Source of the DNA: Longimicrobiales bacterium
GTDB lineage: Bacteria > Gemmatimonadota > Gemmatimonadetes > Longimicrobiales > Gaopeijiaceae
Assembly: GCA_965238005.1 (NCBI GenBank)
Contig: OZ250165.1
Span: 256,001-320,000, forward strand
Length of the DNA stretch: 64,000 nucleotides
Direction: 5' to 3'
This document shows, in pieces, positions 39,531-49,140 of this stretch; position 1 is the stretch's first letter; each line of letters opens with the position of its first letter. The notes below the pieces were generated by a model that had not been told where the DNA came from, did no database searches, and worked only from the letters and a program-made list of their open reading frames with translations. Made by a program: the position numbers and the translations under genes.

Positions 39531-40607
39531 CTAATTCCCCTCCGCCCCCTCGTAGATCTCCGCTTCCGGAAACGTCAGCGCGAACCCGTACCAGCGCGTA
39601 AAGACCTGGAGCGGACGTTCCGTGCGTATCCGGCTGCCGTCCTCATTGTGCATGACGCCGTCACGGATGTAGTGCCCGGACGATAGCCGCAGCGTGTCGT
39701 CCTCCCACCAGACCCGGTCCGCTTCTACGAAGTGGGCGCCCAGGGTAAAACTGCCCGGGTCGTAGTAGATCAAGACGGTACGCCCGCCGAATGTGTCCAG
39801 CAGCGCCCGACCCTGCTTCATCACGTCGTCCTGGGCGTAGTAGCGCGCGTCGTCACCCATCTAGAGGCCCAGTCCCACGTCCATGGTTTCCCGGCGGTCG
39901 TCCTCCTCGTCGATGGTCCCCAGGAAGAACTGGCTGAGGCCCCGGCGGACCCGGGACATGAGGCCGCCTCCCCCCCCACCACGCCGACCGCGCCCAGATC
40001 GGCGCTGGGCCCGCGGGTGATCCGAAATCGCGATCAACGCGTCGGGGTCGAGGGCGAGTGTCTGTTCCACCGTGCTGTGGAGAACGTTTTGGACGGGAAG
40101 CTTCTTTCCGGCCGACGGGCCGTACAGACCCTCACCCGTGAGGTGGTTCCAGTAGGTCCCTGACTCCTCGTCCCACATGATGAAGAGGCCGTCGTAGAGA
40201 CCTTGTTCGGTGAAGGTGTGGACCTGGCCGTCCACGCTTGGAGTCATACTGACCCCTGTATTGCAGACCACTCAGAAGGTGACGAGCCACGGCTCTCCCA
40301 TCAGGTTGCCCTGCGCCACGTGGTGATAGGCCATCTGGGTGGTGATCAGGGCGAGCGTCGCTTCCTCGCGCTGCATCACCATCAGAGGCGTGTCGCGCTC
40401 CACGGCTCCGTCCTTGAGGGCATCGGCGAGCGACTGTGTCTCCTTCTGCCTGAACGCATCGAAGTTCGGCCGCTCCGCGAGTATGGCCCGGTCCGGATCG
40501 AAGTCGGGGACTTTCTTCACCTGGTCGGCGTCTTGCGCGGCTGACTCACCGTAGACGAGGCCGAGACCGGCAAGCGCAGTGAGGAGCCACGGGGCCTGAT
40601 GACGCAT
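39531..40607 (-). CDS. DUF3179 (seleno)protein with UxxC; also an in-frame TAG at 39861-39863
   Basis: Three consecutive same-frame ORFs; HHVAQ...VTF-TGA-VVCNTG; WDEESGTYWNHLTGE; FTRWYGF. Confidence 0.8.
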
Positions 40608-40840
40608 GGATACCTCCGCGGGGCGGAATGAGGTTGACGAATCCGTGCTTGAATGATGACACCGCGTGCGAAGAAAGCGTTAAGTGATCCCGAGTGAAAC
40701 AGGCGGTCCGAAGCCGGATCGGTCTCCTCCCCGAGGACGCGGGCGGCCACCCGTTCAACGAAGTTCATCGAGCCCATTGTCAGCACATCATTACGTCCGT
40801 ATCCGATTGTGCCACGTCCTCGCGCGCAAAATCGGGGCGG

Positions 40841-41323
40841 TCATCGTCGGGTGGGACGCCTACCAGTGCCCCTGCGACGGGGAAGCTCGAGTGACGAGCG
40901 GGCGTTGATGTTGAAGTTGAAGTCGACGGTGTGCATCTCCTCGGCTTCACCCTTCTTGAAGCTCAGGACCGTCTCGTACTCTCCCGGCTCGGTGAAGATG
41001 TGGCGCGTTTGATAGCTGCCAGGCGTGCCGCGCCTCCCGCGCACCGGGAACGTGCCTTGCTCTTCGCCGTCGAAGCTGATCACGACCTCGCCGGAGAGCT
41101 CTGTGTAGGGTTCCTCACTGCCCAGCGAGCTCACCCGCCACCGCAGAAACTGCATCTCTTCGGTGAGCGCGGGCTCGGGCTCGGCGCCGAAGACGATCGC
41201 GAGGCCCGCAACCTCCTTGCGCTCGTGGAATGTGCTCGCCATTTCCGGCGCGACCGCCGCTACGAGGATGGAGCCTCCCGCTGCGAGCGCGAAGATCGTA
41301 GAGAGCTTGTGGTGGGCCTTCAT
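40841..41323 (-). CDS. Secreted hypothetical protein (YtkA/FixH-like Ig fold possible)
   Basis: AGGAG RBS, signal peptide, GSYQTRHIFTEPGEY. Confidence 0.65.
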   Translation of the reverse strand: MKAHHKLSTIFALAAGGSILVAAVAPEMASTFHERKEVAGLAIVFGAEPEPALTEEMQFLRWRVSSLGSEEPYTELSGEVVISFDGEEQGTFPVRGRRGTPGSYQTRHIFTEPGEYETVLSFKKGEAEEMHTVDFNFNINARSSLELPRRRGTGRRPTRR

Positions 41324-41499
41324 TCTCCTGTCTCCCTGGTCTCGAGTGTCATTATGCTGAGAAAGATTGCAAAAGGTAACGTCTCGCGATTCTACTGCGC
41401 CACAACCTTGAGCGGGCGCAGATTTAGGGAATCGGAGAGGTGGCAAGTTAGAGGGGTCGGCTTTCGATCAGGGCCACCCCTTCTCCCCACCGCACCAAA

Positions 41500-41706
41500 C
41501 TGTGGGCCCGTCTACCGCCGGCGCCGTCCCACTCAGACGCCGCTCTACCCGCTCGTCCAGCACCACCTCAAGACCTTCCTCACAGAGGCCACCTCCCCCC
41601 AGGGAGGGGGTCCGCCTCCTTGCCCCCGTACACTGGCGGGAGCCCGCAAGTTGACTGGTTTGGCCCTGCCCCCTCACGTTATCGAGGGCCTTTGTTTTTC
41701 CTATCC
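41500..41706 (+). mobile_element. IS91/ISCR-like remnant 1 (transposase N-terminus fused to an oriIS-like end)
   Basis: Encodes YRRRRPTQTPLYPLVQHHLKTFL; ends GGGCCTTTGTTTTTCCTATCC. Confidence 0.65.
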
Positions 41707-41776
41707 CTGGGAGTCGGACGCTTGGGGTGGCGGACAGGAAGTAGGCACGATGTGGGCCACTGAGGGAGGGTGTCTA

Positions 41777-43244
41777 ATGTCTATTCGAATTGCTTCGGTC
41801 TTGATCATTCCTGTGTCCGTTTTCTTCTGTTCCTGCAGTTCTGAAAGGGTCGACGCGGAATCGACCGATACGGCGACGACCGAAGCACAAGCTCAGGAAG
41901 TGGCCGCCCTGCGCGAATGGAATCATCGGATTCGTCGCGAAAAGTTCGATATCGTCCTGCCTGAAGTCATGAGGAAGAACGATGTCGATATGTCGATTCA
42001 TGTGATGAGAGAGACCATTCCGGATTCCTTCGGTGCGGAAGACTTGGGGAGCACATCCGGTGTTTTCGTCTTCACGGACCGCGGCGGCGACCGGATCGAA
42101 CGTGCGGTTCTCGGACGTCGCTGGGGAGCTTCACATGCTGGAGAAACATGGAGGGTGACTTGGGAGACCGAGTCGGTCGAGGAATCACGAGCCTACGACA
42201 TAGTCCACGACCCGGTTCTCGTGAAGCAACCGCCGGGAGGGCCGGAGACGGAATACGATTATCGATTCCAGGGCCTCGGAGAATTCGTTGAAGAACGTGA
42301 CCCCGAACGAATCGCTCTGAACTTCAAGCTCGACCTGGGGCCCTATCCGACCACGACAAGAGCACAAGACGGCCTCTCGCATACCGACTACCTCCTCTTG
42401 GCCGAGGAGCTCGGCGACAAATACGCCGACCGGATCGTTTCGTCTGAATTCGTGATGATGGAGTACATAGCCAGACCGGTGCCAAGTGAAGTTGAGCTAC
42501 TCAAGAAGATGCGTGAGGACGAAGTTGAGCGCATAACGAGAGCTTTTGAGGGAGATCGTGCCGGGTGTGACGAGGAATCGCGAGGTCGGAGTGACCGTTT
42601 TTCGCCGTAGAGGCACCGGCGTATCACAAAGGGGACGGACTCCGGGTCATGAGAACGTTGTGATCGAGGGAGGCGACATCATCGCAGCCCCGAGTCAGGG
42701 TATGTACGCCTACGTGCTCCGTGAGGGAGAGACTGAACCGCCTCCAGAGATCGAGGAACTCTGGGCAAGATATCGGAGAATTGATGAGGTTTTGGCAGAA
42801 CACATCAAGGTGGGCCTCACCCCTCGTGAAATAGTCACTAACTTCACGGCCGTTTTCGAAGAGGAAGGAATAATTCTCCGGGACGACCAGTTGTTGCATT
42901 TGTTCACCCCAAGGAATGATTTTTCCGCATATGCCGCAGGTTTTGACCCTGAAAAGACCCACCTCAATATCGATCTCCATGCCATGGGGAAAGGAGCGCG
43001 TGAGAGGACGTTTGAGAATTATTTTGGCCCCAGGATTGGCACTTACGGTCCCGAGTGGATGTGGGACATCCCGCTCCCACCCAATCACCACTTCGTTATA
43101 GAGTTCTTCATGTATATGCCATGGCCTTCCCCAGAACACGAAGACCAATATCTATTCTGGTGGGATCATGAGCAGGCGCTTGCCACCGAAAGTGGAATCG
43201 AATATTTGTCTCCGCCGCAAGAGGAGCTTTATCTCATCACATAG
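41777..43244 (+). pseudogene. M24/Xaa-Pro aminopeptidase-like lipoprotein, frameshifted near 42548
   Basis: IRREKFDIVLPEVMRKNDVDM, ERDPERIALN and DGLSHTDY; continues as EIVPGVT in another frame. Confidence 0.75.
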
Positions 43245-43298
43245 GAGGGGAGCTCTACCACCGTGCTACCAGACGTGTGCTGAGGGCCGAATGGAGCC

Positions 43299-45149
43299 CT
43301 AGAACATCTCCGATGGGTCGGGCTCTGTGGGCCCCTCCCCATCGTACCGGTTCGGAATGAAGTCGCCGGTGATCATATCGCGATAGGATAGACCCGGCCC
43401 GACCATCGGGTAGACGCCGGCCTCTGGGTCGATGATCACCTCGAGGAACGCCGGCCCCTCGAAGCTCAGGAATTCCTCGAGGACCCGGGTGACGTCGTCC
43501 TTGCGATCCAATCGAACGGCGTACGGGAAGCCGTCGGACTCGGCGGCCTTCACGAAGTCCTTCTTGCGCAGCGACTTGTCACTCCCCGACAGACGCCCCT
43601 TGAAGAAGAGGCGCTGCCACTGCATGACCATGCCGTCACCATAGTTGTTCAGCACCATGACCTTGACCGGCAGATCATACGTGGTCACGGTCTCGAGTTC
43701 CCCGAGATTCATGCGCATGCTGCCGTCGCCGTCCACGTCGATCACGAGCTTGTCCGGGCGAGCGAACTGCGCACCGATCGCCGCGGGCAGCCCGAAACCC
43801 ATCGTCCCCATACTTCCCGACGTCAGCCACAGGTTGGGTTCTCGGAAGTCGCAATATTGCGCGGCCCACATCTGGTGTTGGCCAACCCCCGTCGAGATGA
43901 TCGCCTCACCCTTGGTGATCCGGTTCATCGTCTCGATGACGTAGTGGGGCTGGATGAGCTCGCTTTCGCGGTCATAGTTCAGGGCGTATGTCGCCTTGAG
44001 GTCCGCGATCTCGGCGTGCCACTCCGAGAAGTCTCCCTCAAAGCCTGTCTCGACCCCGTGAGCGGCGAGCGCAGCGAGTGCCTCCCTGAGTCGCCCCACG
44101 TAGTGCCAGTCGGCCTTTTTGACCTTGTGGATCTCGGAGGGGTCGATGTCGAAGTGGAGGACCCGCCGGGCCTTGGGCGCGAAAGCCGTCGGGACGCCCG
44201 CGACCCGGTCGTCGAAGCGGGCCGCCACCGCGATGAGCAGGTCGCAGTCGTCCACGGCGTAGTTTGCGTACGCCATCCCGTGCATGCCCAACATGTGAAG
44301 CGAGAGCGGATGGGTCGTGTCCATGCTCCCCAGCCCCATCAGCGTCGTCACGACCGGAATCCGGAACGTTTCCGCCAGCGCGCGCATCTCCGCGCTCGCC
44401 TCCCCCTTGATGACGCCTCCGCCCACGTACATCAGGGGTCGCCTGCTCTCCCCGAGCATCGCGAAGAACTCCCGGCACCGGTCTTCTCCGAGCGTGTTGG
44501 CGTAGACGCCTTCCATCCGGTGCCGGTACCCCGGTATCGGCAGTCGGCCCTCGCCATGGAAGGGGCCCTCCCAGTTCTGCACGTCTTTGGGCACGTCCAC
44601 CACCACCGGGCCCGGCCGCCCCGTGCGGGCGATCTCGAACGCCGTCCGGACGGTCGACTCGAGCTCCTCCGCATCAGTCACCAGAAACACGTGCTTGGCG
44701 ACGGCGCCCATGATCGAGGCCACGGGTGCTTCCTGGAACGCGTCGGTGCCGACGGCTTCGGTGGGCACCTGCCCGCAGATGACGACGATCGGTACCGAGT
44801 CCGCCATGCAGTCCCGTACCGGTGTGACGCAGTTCGTCGCTCCCGGACCCGAGGTCACCATCACCACGCCGACCCGTCCACTCGCCCGCGCGAAGCCCGC
44901 GGCCATGAACCCGGCACCCTGCTCGTTGGCCGGAACGATGAGCGACATCGGCTCGACGCCGCCCTCGATGTGTTCCGCGTTGTAGCGGAACACCGCGTCA
45001 TAGGTTGGCAGGATCGCGCCGCCACTGTACCCGAAGATGGTCTCCACCCCCTCGTCCGCGAGCACGTGCACGATGATGTCCGCGCCGCTCATGACGCGGC
45101 CAGAGGGGGCATACGTCTGACTGGGCTTGGGTCGAGCCTGTGTGTCCAT
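43299..45149 (-). CDS. ilvB: Acetolactate synthase large subunit
   Basis: FGYSGGAILP, TSGPGATN, GVGQHQMW and DGDGS...NN TPP motif. Confidence 0.96.
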   Translation of the reverse strand: MDTQARPKPSQTYAPSGRVMSGADIIVHVLADEGVETIFGYSGGAILPTYDAVFRYNAEHIEGGVEPMSLIVPANEQGAGFMAAGFARASGRVGVVMVTSGPGATNCVTPVRDCMADSVPIVVICGQVPTEAVGTDAFQEAPVASIMGAVAKHVFLVTDAEELESTVRTAFEIARTGRPGPVVVDVPKDVQNWEGPFHGEGRLPIPGYRHRMEGVYANTLGEDRCREFFAMLGESRRPLMYVGGGVIKGEASAEMRALAETFRIPVVTTLMGLGSMDTTHPLSLHMLGMHGMAYANYAVDDCDLLIAVAARFDDRVAGVPTAFAPKARRVLHFDIDPSEIHKVKKADWHYVGRLREALAALAAHGVETGFEGDFSEWHAEIADLKATYALNYDRESELIQPHYVIETMNRITKGEAIISTGVGQHQMWAAQYCDFREPNLWLTSGSMGTMGFGLPAAIGAQFARPDKLVIDVDGDGSMRMNLGELETVTTYDLPVKVMVLNNYGDGMVMQWQRLFFKGRLSGSDKSLRKKDFVKAAESDGFPYAVRLDRKDDVTRVLEEFLSFEGPAFLEVIIDPEAGVYPMVGPGLSYRDMITGDFIPNRYDGEGPTEPDPSEMF

Positions 45150-45246
45150 GGCGCTGGAAGGTCGACGAGGCCCTGGCCCATTGCAATAGGCACCGCCCCT
45201 ACGCGACTTTTACACTTTGCTGTAGTGCCGCGGCGAACGCACCGAA

Positions 45247-45753
45247 ATGCGACACATCATCTCCATTCTCCTGGATAACCAGGCCGGCGCCCTCTCGCGC
45301 GTCGCGAACCTCTTCTCGTCCCGGGGCTACAACATCGAGAGCCTGAACGTGGCCCCTACGCACGACGAGAGAGTCTCACGGGTGACCCTCGTCACGCGCG
45401 GCTCCGACGCCGTCATCCGTCAGATCTCCAACCAGCTCGGCAAGCTGATCGATGTGGTGAGCATCGTCGACCTGACCGGCACCGATCACATCGAGCGTGA
45501 GCTGGCTCTGTTCAAGGTGCGCGCGCCCGAGGATTCTCGGGCCGAGCTCGCGGCGATGCTGGAGGAGTTCGGCGGACAAATCCTGGGCTACGACGAGGGG
45601 CACGGCACGCTGGAGCTGATCGGGAGCGGGCCCGAGATCGATCTCTTCATGAAGAACGTCGCGGCCTTCGCCGAAATCGAGTCGGTGGCGCGGAGCGGCG
45701 CCGTCGCGGTGGCAAAGGGTTCGCCGATCTTCGACACTCACGTGGCGGACTAG
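45247..45753 (+). CDS. ilvN: Acetolactate synthase small subunit
   Basis: MRHIISILLDNQAGALSRVANLFSSRGYNIESL ACT domain. Confidence 0.96.
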   Translation: MRHIISILLDNQAGALSRVANLFSSRGYNIESLNVAPTHDERVSRVTLVTRGSDAVIRQISNQLGKLIDVVSIVDLTGTDHIERELALFKVRAPEDSRAELAAMLEEFGGQILGYDEGHGTLELIGSGPEIDLFMKNVAAFAEIESVARSGAVAVAKGSPIFDTHVAD

Positions 45754-45812
45754 GGCCCGAAAATCACAACGCACGCGTCTCGGTACGCGGGCATACGGAG
45801 GCGACGGCACAC

Positions 45813-46865
45813 ATGGCGCAGATTCAGTTTGGTGACGAGTTGGAGACCGTGGTCACTCGAGATGAGTGGCCCTTGGAGAGAGCAATCGAGTACCTTGCGG
45901 ACGAGACGATCGCCGTTCTCGGCTATGGGGTTCAGGGTCCCGGACAGGCGCTGAATCTCAAGGACAATGGCTTCAACGTGTTCGTCGGACAGAGGCGGGG
46001 CACGCGGAGCTGGGACAAGGCCGTCGCCGACGGCTGGGTGGAGGGCGACGATCTCTTCGAGATCGAAGAGGCGGCCGCGCGGGGCACGATCATCCAGTAC
46101 CTGCTGTCCGACGCGGGACAGATCACACAGTGGAGCACGCTCCTCCCGCACCTGACGCCCGGAAAGTGCTTGTACTTCTCTCATGGCTTCGCGGTGACCT
46201 TCAAGGACGACACAGGGGTCGTCCCACCGGAGGGAATCGATGTCGTGCTGATCGCACCCAAAGGCTCGGGGACGTCACTTCGGCGGTTCTTCCTCCAGGG
46301 CAAAGGGATCAACTCGAGCTACGCGATCTTCCAGGACGCGACGGGACGAGCACGGGATCGGGTCGTGTCTCTCGGCATCGGTGTCGGCTCCGGGTACCTG
46401 TTCGAGACCGACTTCGAGAAGGAGGTCCTCTCCGACCTCACCGGAGAGCGGGGTGTGCTGCTGGGCGCGATCGCGGGCGTGTTCGAGGCCCAGTTCACCT
46501 GCCTGCGAAAGAACGGCCACTCGCCGTCCGAGGCCTTCAACGAGACGGTCGAGGAGCTCACCGAGAGCCTGATGCCTCTGGTCGCCGAGAACGGCATGGA
46601 TTGGATGTATGCGAACTGTTCGACGACCGCGCAGCGGGGGGCGCTCAACTGGCGGCACAGGTTCAGGGACGCGGTGGCGCCTCTCTTCGACGAGCTCTAC
46701 GAGAGCGTCAGGTCGGGGAACGAGGCCCGGATCGTGATCGAGACCTGCGGCGCCGAGGACTACCGCGACCGGCTCGAAGAGGAGCTCGCCGCGCTTGGCG
46801 ACGAGGAAATCTGGCGCGCCGGCAAGCAGGTGCGGGCGCTGAGGCCGGATACAGCCGGAAGCTGA
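45813..46865 (+). CDS. ilvC: Ketol-acid reductoisomerase
   Basis: GYGVQG, SHGF, APKGSG, SDLTGERG and CSTTAQRG motifs. Confidence 0.96.
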   Translation: MAQIQFGDELETVVTRDEWPLERAIEYLADETIAVLGYGVQGPGQALNLKDNGFNVFVGQRRGTRSWDKAVADGWVEGDDLFEIEEAAARGTIIQYLLSDAGQITQWSTLLPHLTPGKCLYFSHGFAVTFKDDTGVVPPEGIDVVLIAPKGSGTSLRRFFLQGKGINSSYAIFQDATGRARDRVVSLGIGVGSGYLFETDFEKEVLSDLTGERGVLLGAIAGVFEAQFTCLRKNGHSPSEAFNETVEELTESLMPLVAENGMDWMYANCSTTAQRGALNWRHRFRDAVAPLFDELYESVRSGNEARIVIETCGAEDYRDRLEEELAALGDEEIWRAGKQVRALRPDTAGS

Positions 46866-47145
46866 CGATCCGCGCGTCCGGGTCGGCCGGGTCGAACCTA
46901 GATGGCGCTCACTCACGCGTGACCGTTCCAGGAGTTCTGCCCGGGATCGAGAGTAGGGATGCTTCATCCCGGATCACGTCAAACCCGCTGTCACGCTCCA
47001 ACTCGGCAAGGCCTTCCAGGCCTCCTTCGGCCACCACGATCTCGTGATGGGGTTAGAGGATCCGGCGCAGCGCGGAACCTGCGACAGCTTCGCCCGATCG
47101 GCGGCGATGAGAGGTAGTTTGCCGAAATTCTTGACCAGCCCCAGC

Positions 47146-47226
47146 TGTCAGCCCTCAGCAAGAGCTCGCCGAGCAAGACCTGATGACCGGAGACTGAAGA
47201 CTGATGACTGTCGACTGACGACTCCC
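47146..47226. repeat. Degenerate heptamer repeat tract (GACTGAN-like)
   Basis: GACTGAA GACTGAT GACTGTC GACTGAC GACT. Confidence 0.6.
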
Positions 47227-47332
47227 ACTTGACCAGCCCACCCACCCCGACCAGAATGGACGTCTACTGTCGTATACGAAAGCGTATACCGTCCAGGTTC
47301 GCTCACCGGCCAGTCACAAAGTTGAGGAGTTG

Positions 47333-48451
47333 ATGACGAGCCCAGCAGTTGATCGACGGACGTGGCTGAAAGCGGCCGGTGCCGCCGTGGTCGGTGCGGG
47401 TTTCGGCTCTGGCTGCGCCGCACCGGCGACCGGGGCCTCCAGGCTGACGAAGGTGCACGTCTCCCCGGACAGGGTCATTCGAACGACGGTCGGCTTGCGT
47501 CCGACGCGCCCATCCGGGTTCGTCCTCAAATCGGAGCGGGTCAACGACAAGACGGTCATCCATAACTACGGCCACGGCGGAAGCGGCATGTCCCTCTCAT
47601 GGGGCACCGCCCACCTCGCGACGGACGAAGCGCTGAAGACCGGCGAGACACGTTATGCCGTGATCGGCGCCGGTGTGGTGGGACTGTCCACCGCTCGGCT
47701 GCTGCAGCGACAGGGGTTCGCGGTGACCATCTACGCGAAAGACCTGCCGCCGCGCACGACGTCCAACATGTCGGCCGCGTGGTTCGGGCCGGCCGGCGCC
47801 TCGGATCCGGACCACACGACGCCGGAGTTCACCGAAGTGTGGCACAAGGCCACGCGCCTCTCCCACCGGTACTTCCAAGACTACCTTGGTGAGGCGTACG
47901 GCATCCGCTGGCTGCCGTATTACAGCGTCTCCGAGAGCCCGCCCAACCCAGAAGCGCAGCAGGGCGATCTGGGGCAGCTCATCACCGATCTGTATCCTGA
48001 AACCGTGGAGCTCGAGCCGGATCAACATCCCTTCTCTTCCCCGTACGTCCGCCGGCGCTGGACGATGCGGTTCGAGCCCGGGGTGTACCTGAACGCGATT
48101 CTGCGAGACTTCCGGCTGGCCGGCGGGCGGGTCGTCGTGCGCGAGTTCGAGAGCGCCGATCAGCTGCTGAGCCTGGACGAACCGGTGCTCATGAACTGCA
48201 CCGGTTTGGGCGCCAAGGAGCTGTTCGGCGACGAGGAGCTCCATCCGGTCAAGGGCCAGCTCACGGTGCTCCTGCCCCAGCCCGATGTCGACTACATGAC
48301 GGTCGGCGGTGGGTTGTACATGCTGCCGCGCCGGGACGGCATCGTGCTTGGCGCAACACGCGAAGTGGGCGAGTGGTCGCTCGAGCCGAGCCCCACCGAG
48401 ATGGAGCGCGTCATGAGCGGCCACATCGAATTCTTCGCTGGGATGACCTGA
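47333..48451 (+). CDS. D-amino acid oxidase-like FAD oxidoreductase with Tat signal
   Basis: RRTWLK Tat motif; GLRP...HNYGHGGSG; GAGVVG; NCTGLG; KGQ. Confidence 0.9.
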   Translation: MTSPAVDRRTWLKAAGAAVVGAGFGSGCAAPATGASRLTKVHVSPDRVIRTTVGLRPTRPSGFVLKSERVNDKTVIHNYGHGGSGMSLSWGTAHLATDEALKTGETRYAVIGAGVVGLSTARLLQRQGFAVTIYAKDLPPRTTSNMSAAWFGPAGASDPDHTTPEFTEVWHKATRLSHRYFQDYLGEAYGIRWLPYYSVSESPPNPEAQQGDLGQLITDLYPETVELEPDQHPFSSPYVRRRWTMRFEPGVYLNAILRDFRLAGGRVVVREFESADQLLSLDEPVLMNCTGLGAKELFGDEELHPVKGQLTVLLPQPDVDYMTVGGGLYMLPRRDGIVLGATREVGEWSLEPSPTEMERVMSGHIEFFAGMT

Positions 48452-48620
48452 CGGCCGTGTACAGACCGAGCCCGACGCAGGGTGTCGGGCTCGGCGGAGA
48501 GGGTGACGTGAGGGGTCCGTACGATTAGGAGCACTGAAGGGGAAGGGGACATCGCAGAGCGATGTCCCCTTCTAAAACCGGGACCCGGCTCCCCAGCTGT
48601 TGCGGCTCCCCACCGCAATT

Positions 48621-48758
48621 AGCACACCCCCATGCCTCTGTCCCTCCGGTTTGAGGGTCCACCCCGCTCACCCGTCGCCGCCCATCCACACATGCGTTCG
48701 TCCCATTCGAGCATTGCGAATCCCCGAGCGCACGCTTGCCCCCCGTACACTGGCGGGC
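48621..48758 (+). mobile_element. IS91/ISCR-like remnant 2 (3' non-coding part)
   Basis: Near-identical to 62428-62542 and overlaps the CCCCGTACACTGGCGGG block of remnants 1 and 3. Confidence 0.65.
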
Positions 48759-48834
48759 TCATGTATGGAATGGTGCCGGCGAGCTCTCCGGGCGCGGTCA
48801 GGCCGGTGGCCTCTCCCGTCGGGTCGTGCTCCTC

Positions 48835-49046
48835 CAGGCCATAATCGTCGCGATGTTCGAGTGCTTCAGCGATGCCAGGAGCTTGGCCTCACGGTTGAAT
48901 CGCGCCAGGTGCGTCGGATCGGCACCGAGGTCGGTCGGCAGGATCTTGATGGCGACCTCGCGATCGAGCGTGGCGTCGTGGGCAAGGTACACCTCACCCA
49001 TCCCGCCGAATCCGAGCGAGACGAGGATCTCGTAATGTCCGAGGGT
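48835..49046 (-). pseudogene. Ser/Thr protein kinase N-lobe remnant
   Basis: LGHYEILVSLGFGGMGEVYLAHDATLDREVAIKIL...FNREAKLLASLKHSNI. Confidence 0.8.
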
Positions 49047-49140
49047 GCGGTTGGAACCAAGCCCTCCGGTGCCCTACCGGCGCGCGCTCTTTCCCACGCC
49101 CGCGCGACGAAACCGGTTGAGGTATGCGGGCCAGGTTCGT

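Noticed and set aside
39861..39863. In-frame TAG as pyrrolysine
   Set aside because: No pyl genes or methylamine methyltransferase context in view; TGG-to-TAG is simpler.
40931..42610. 559-aa ORF as one protein
   Set aside because: Chance read-through across an antisense gene, an IS91 remnant and the peptidase start at 41777.
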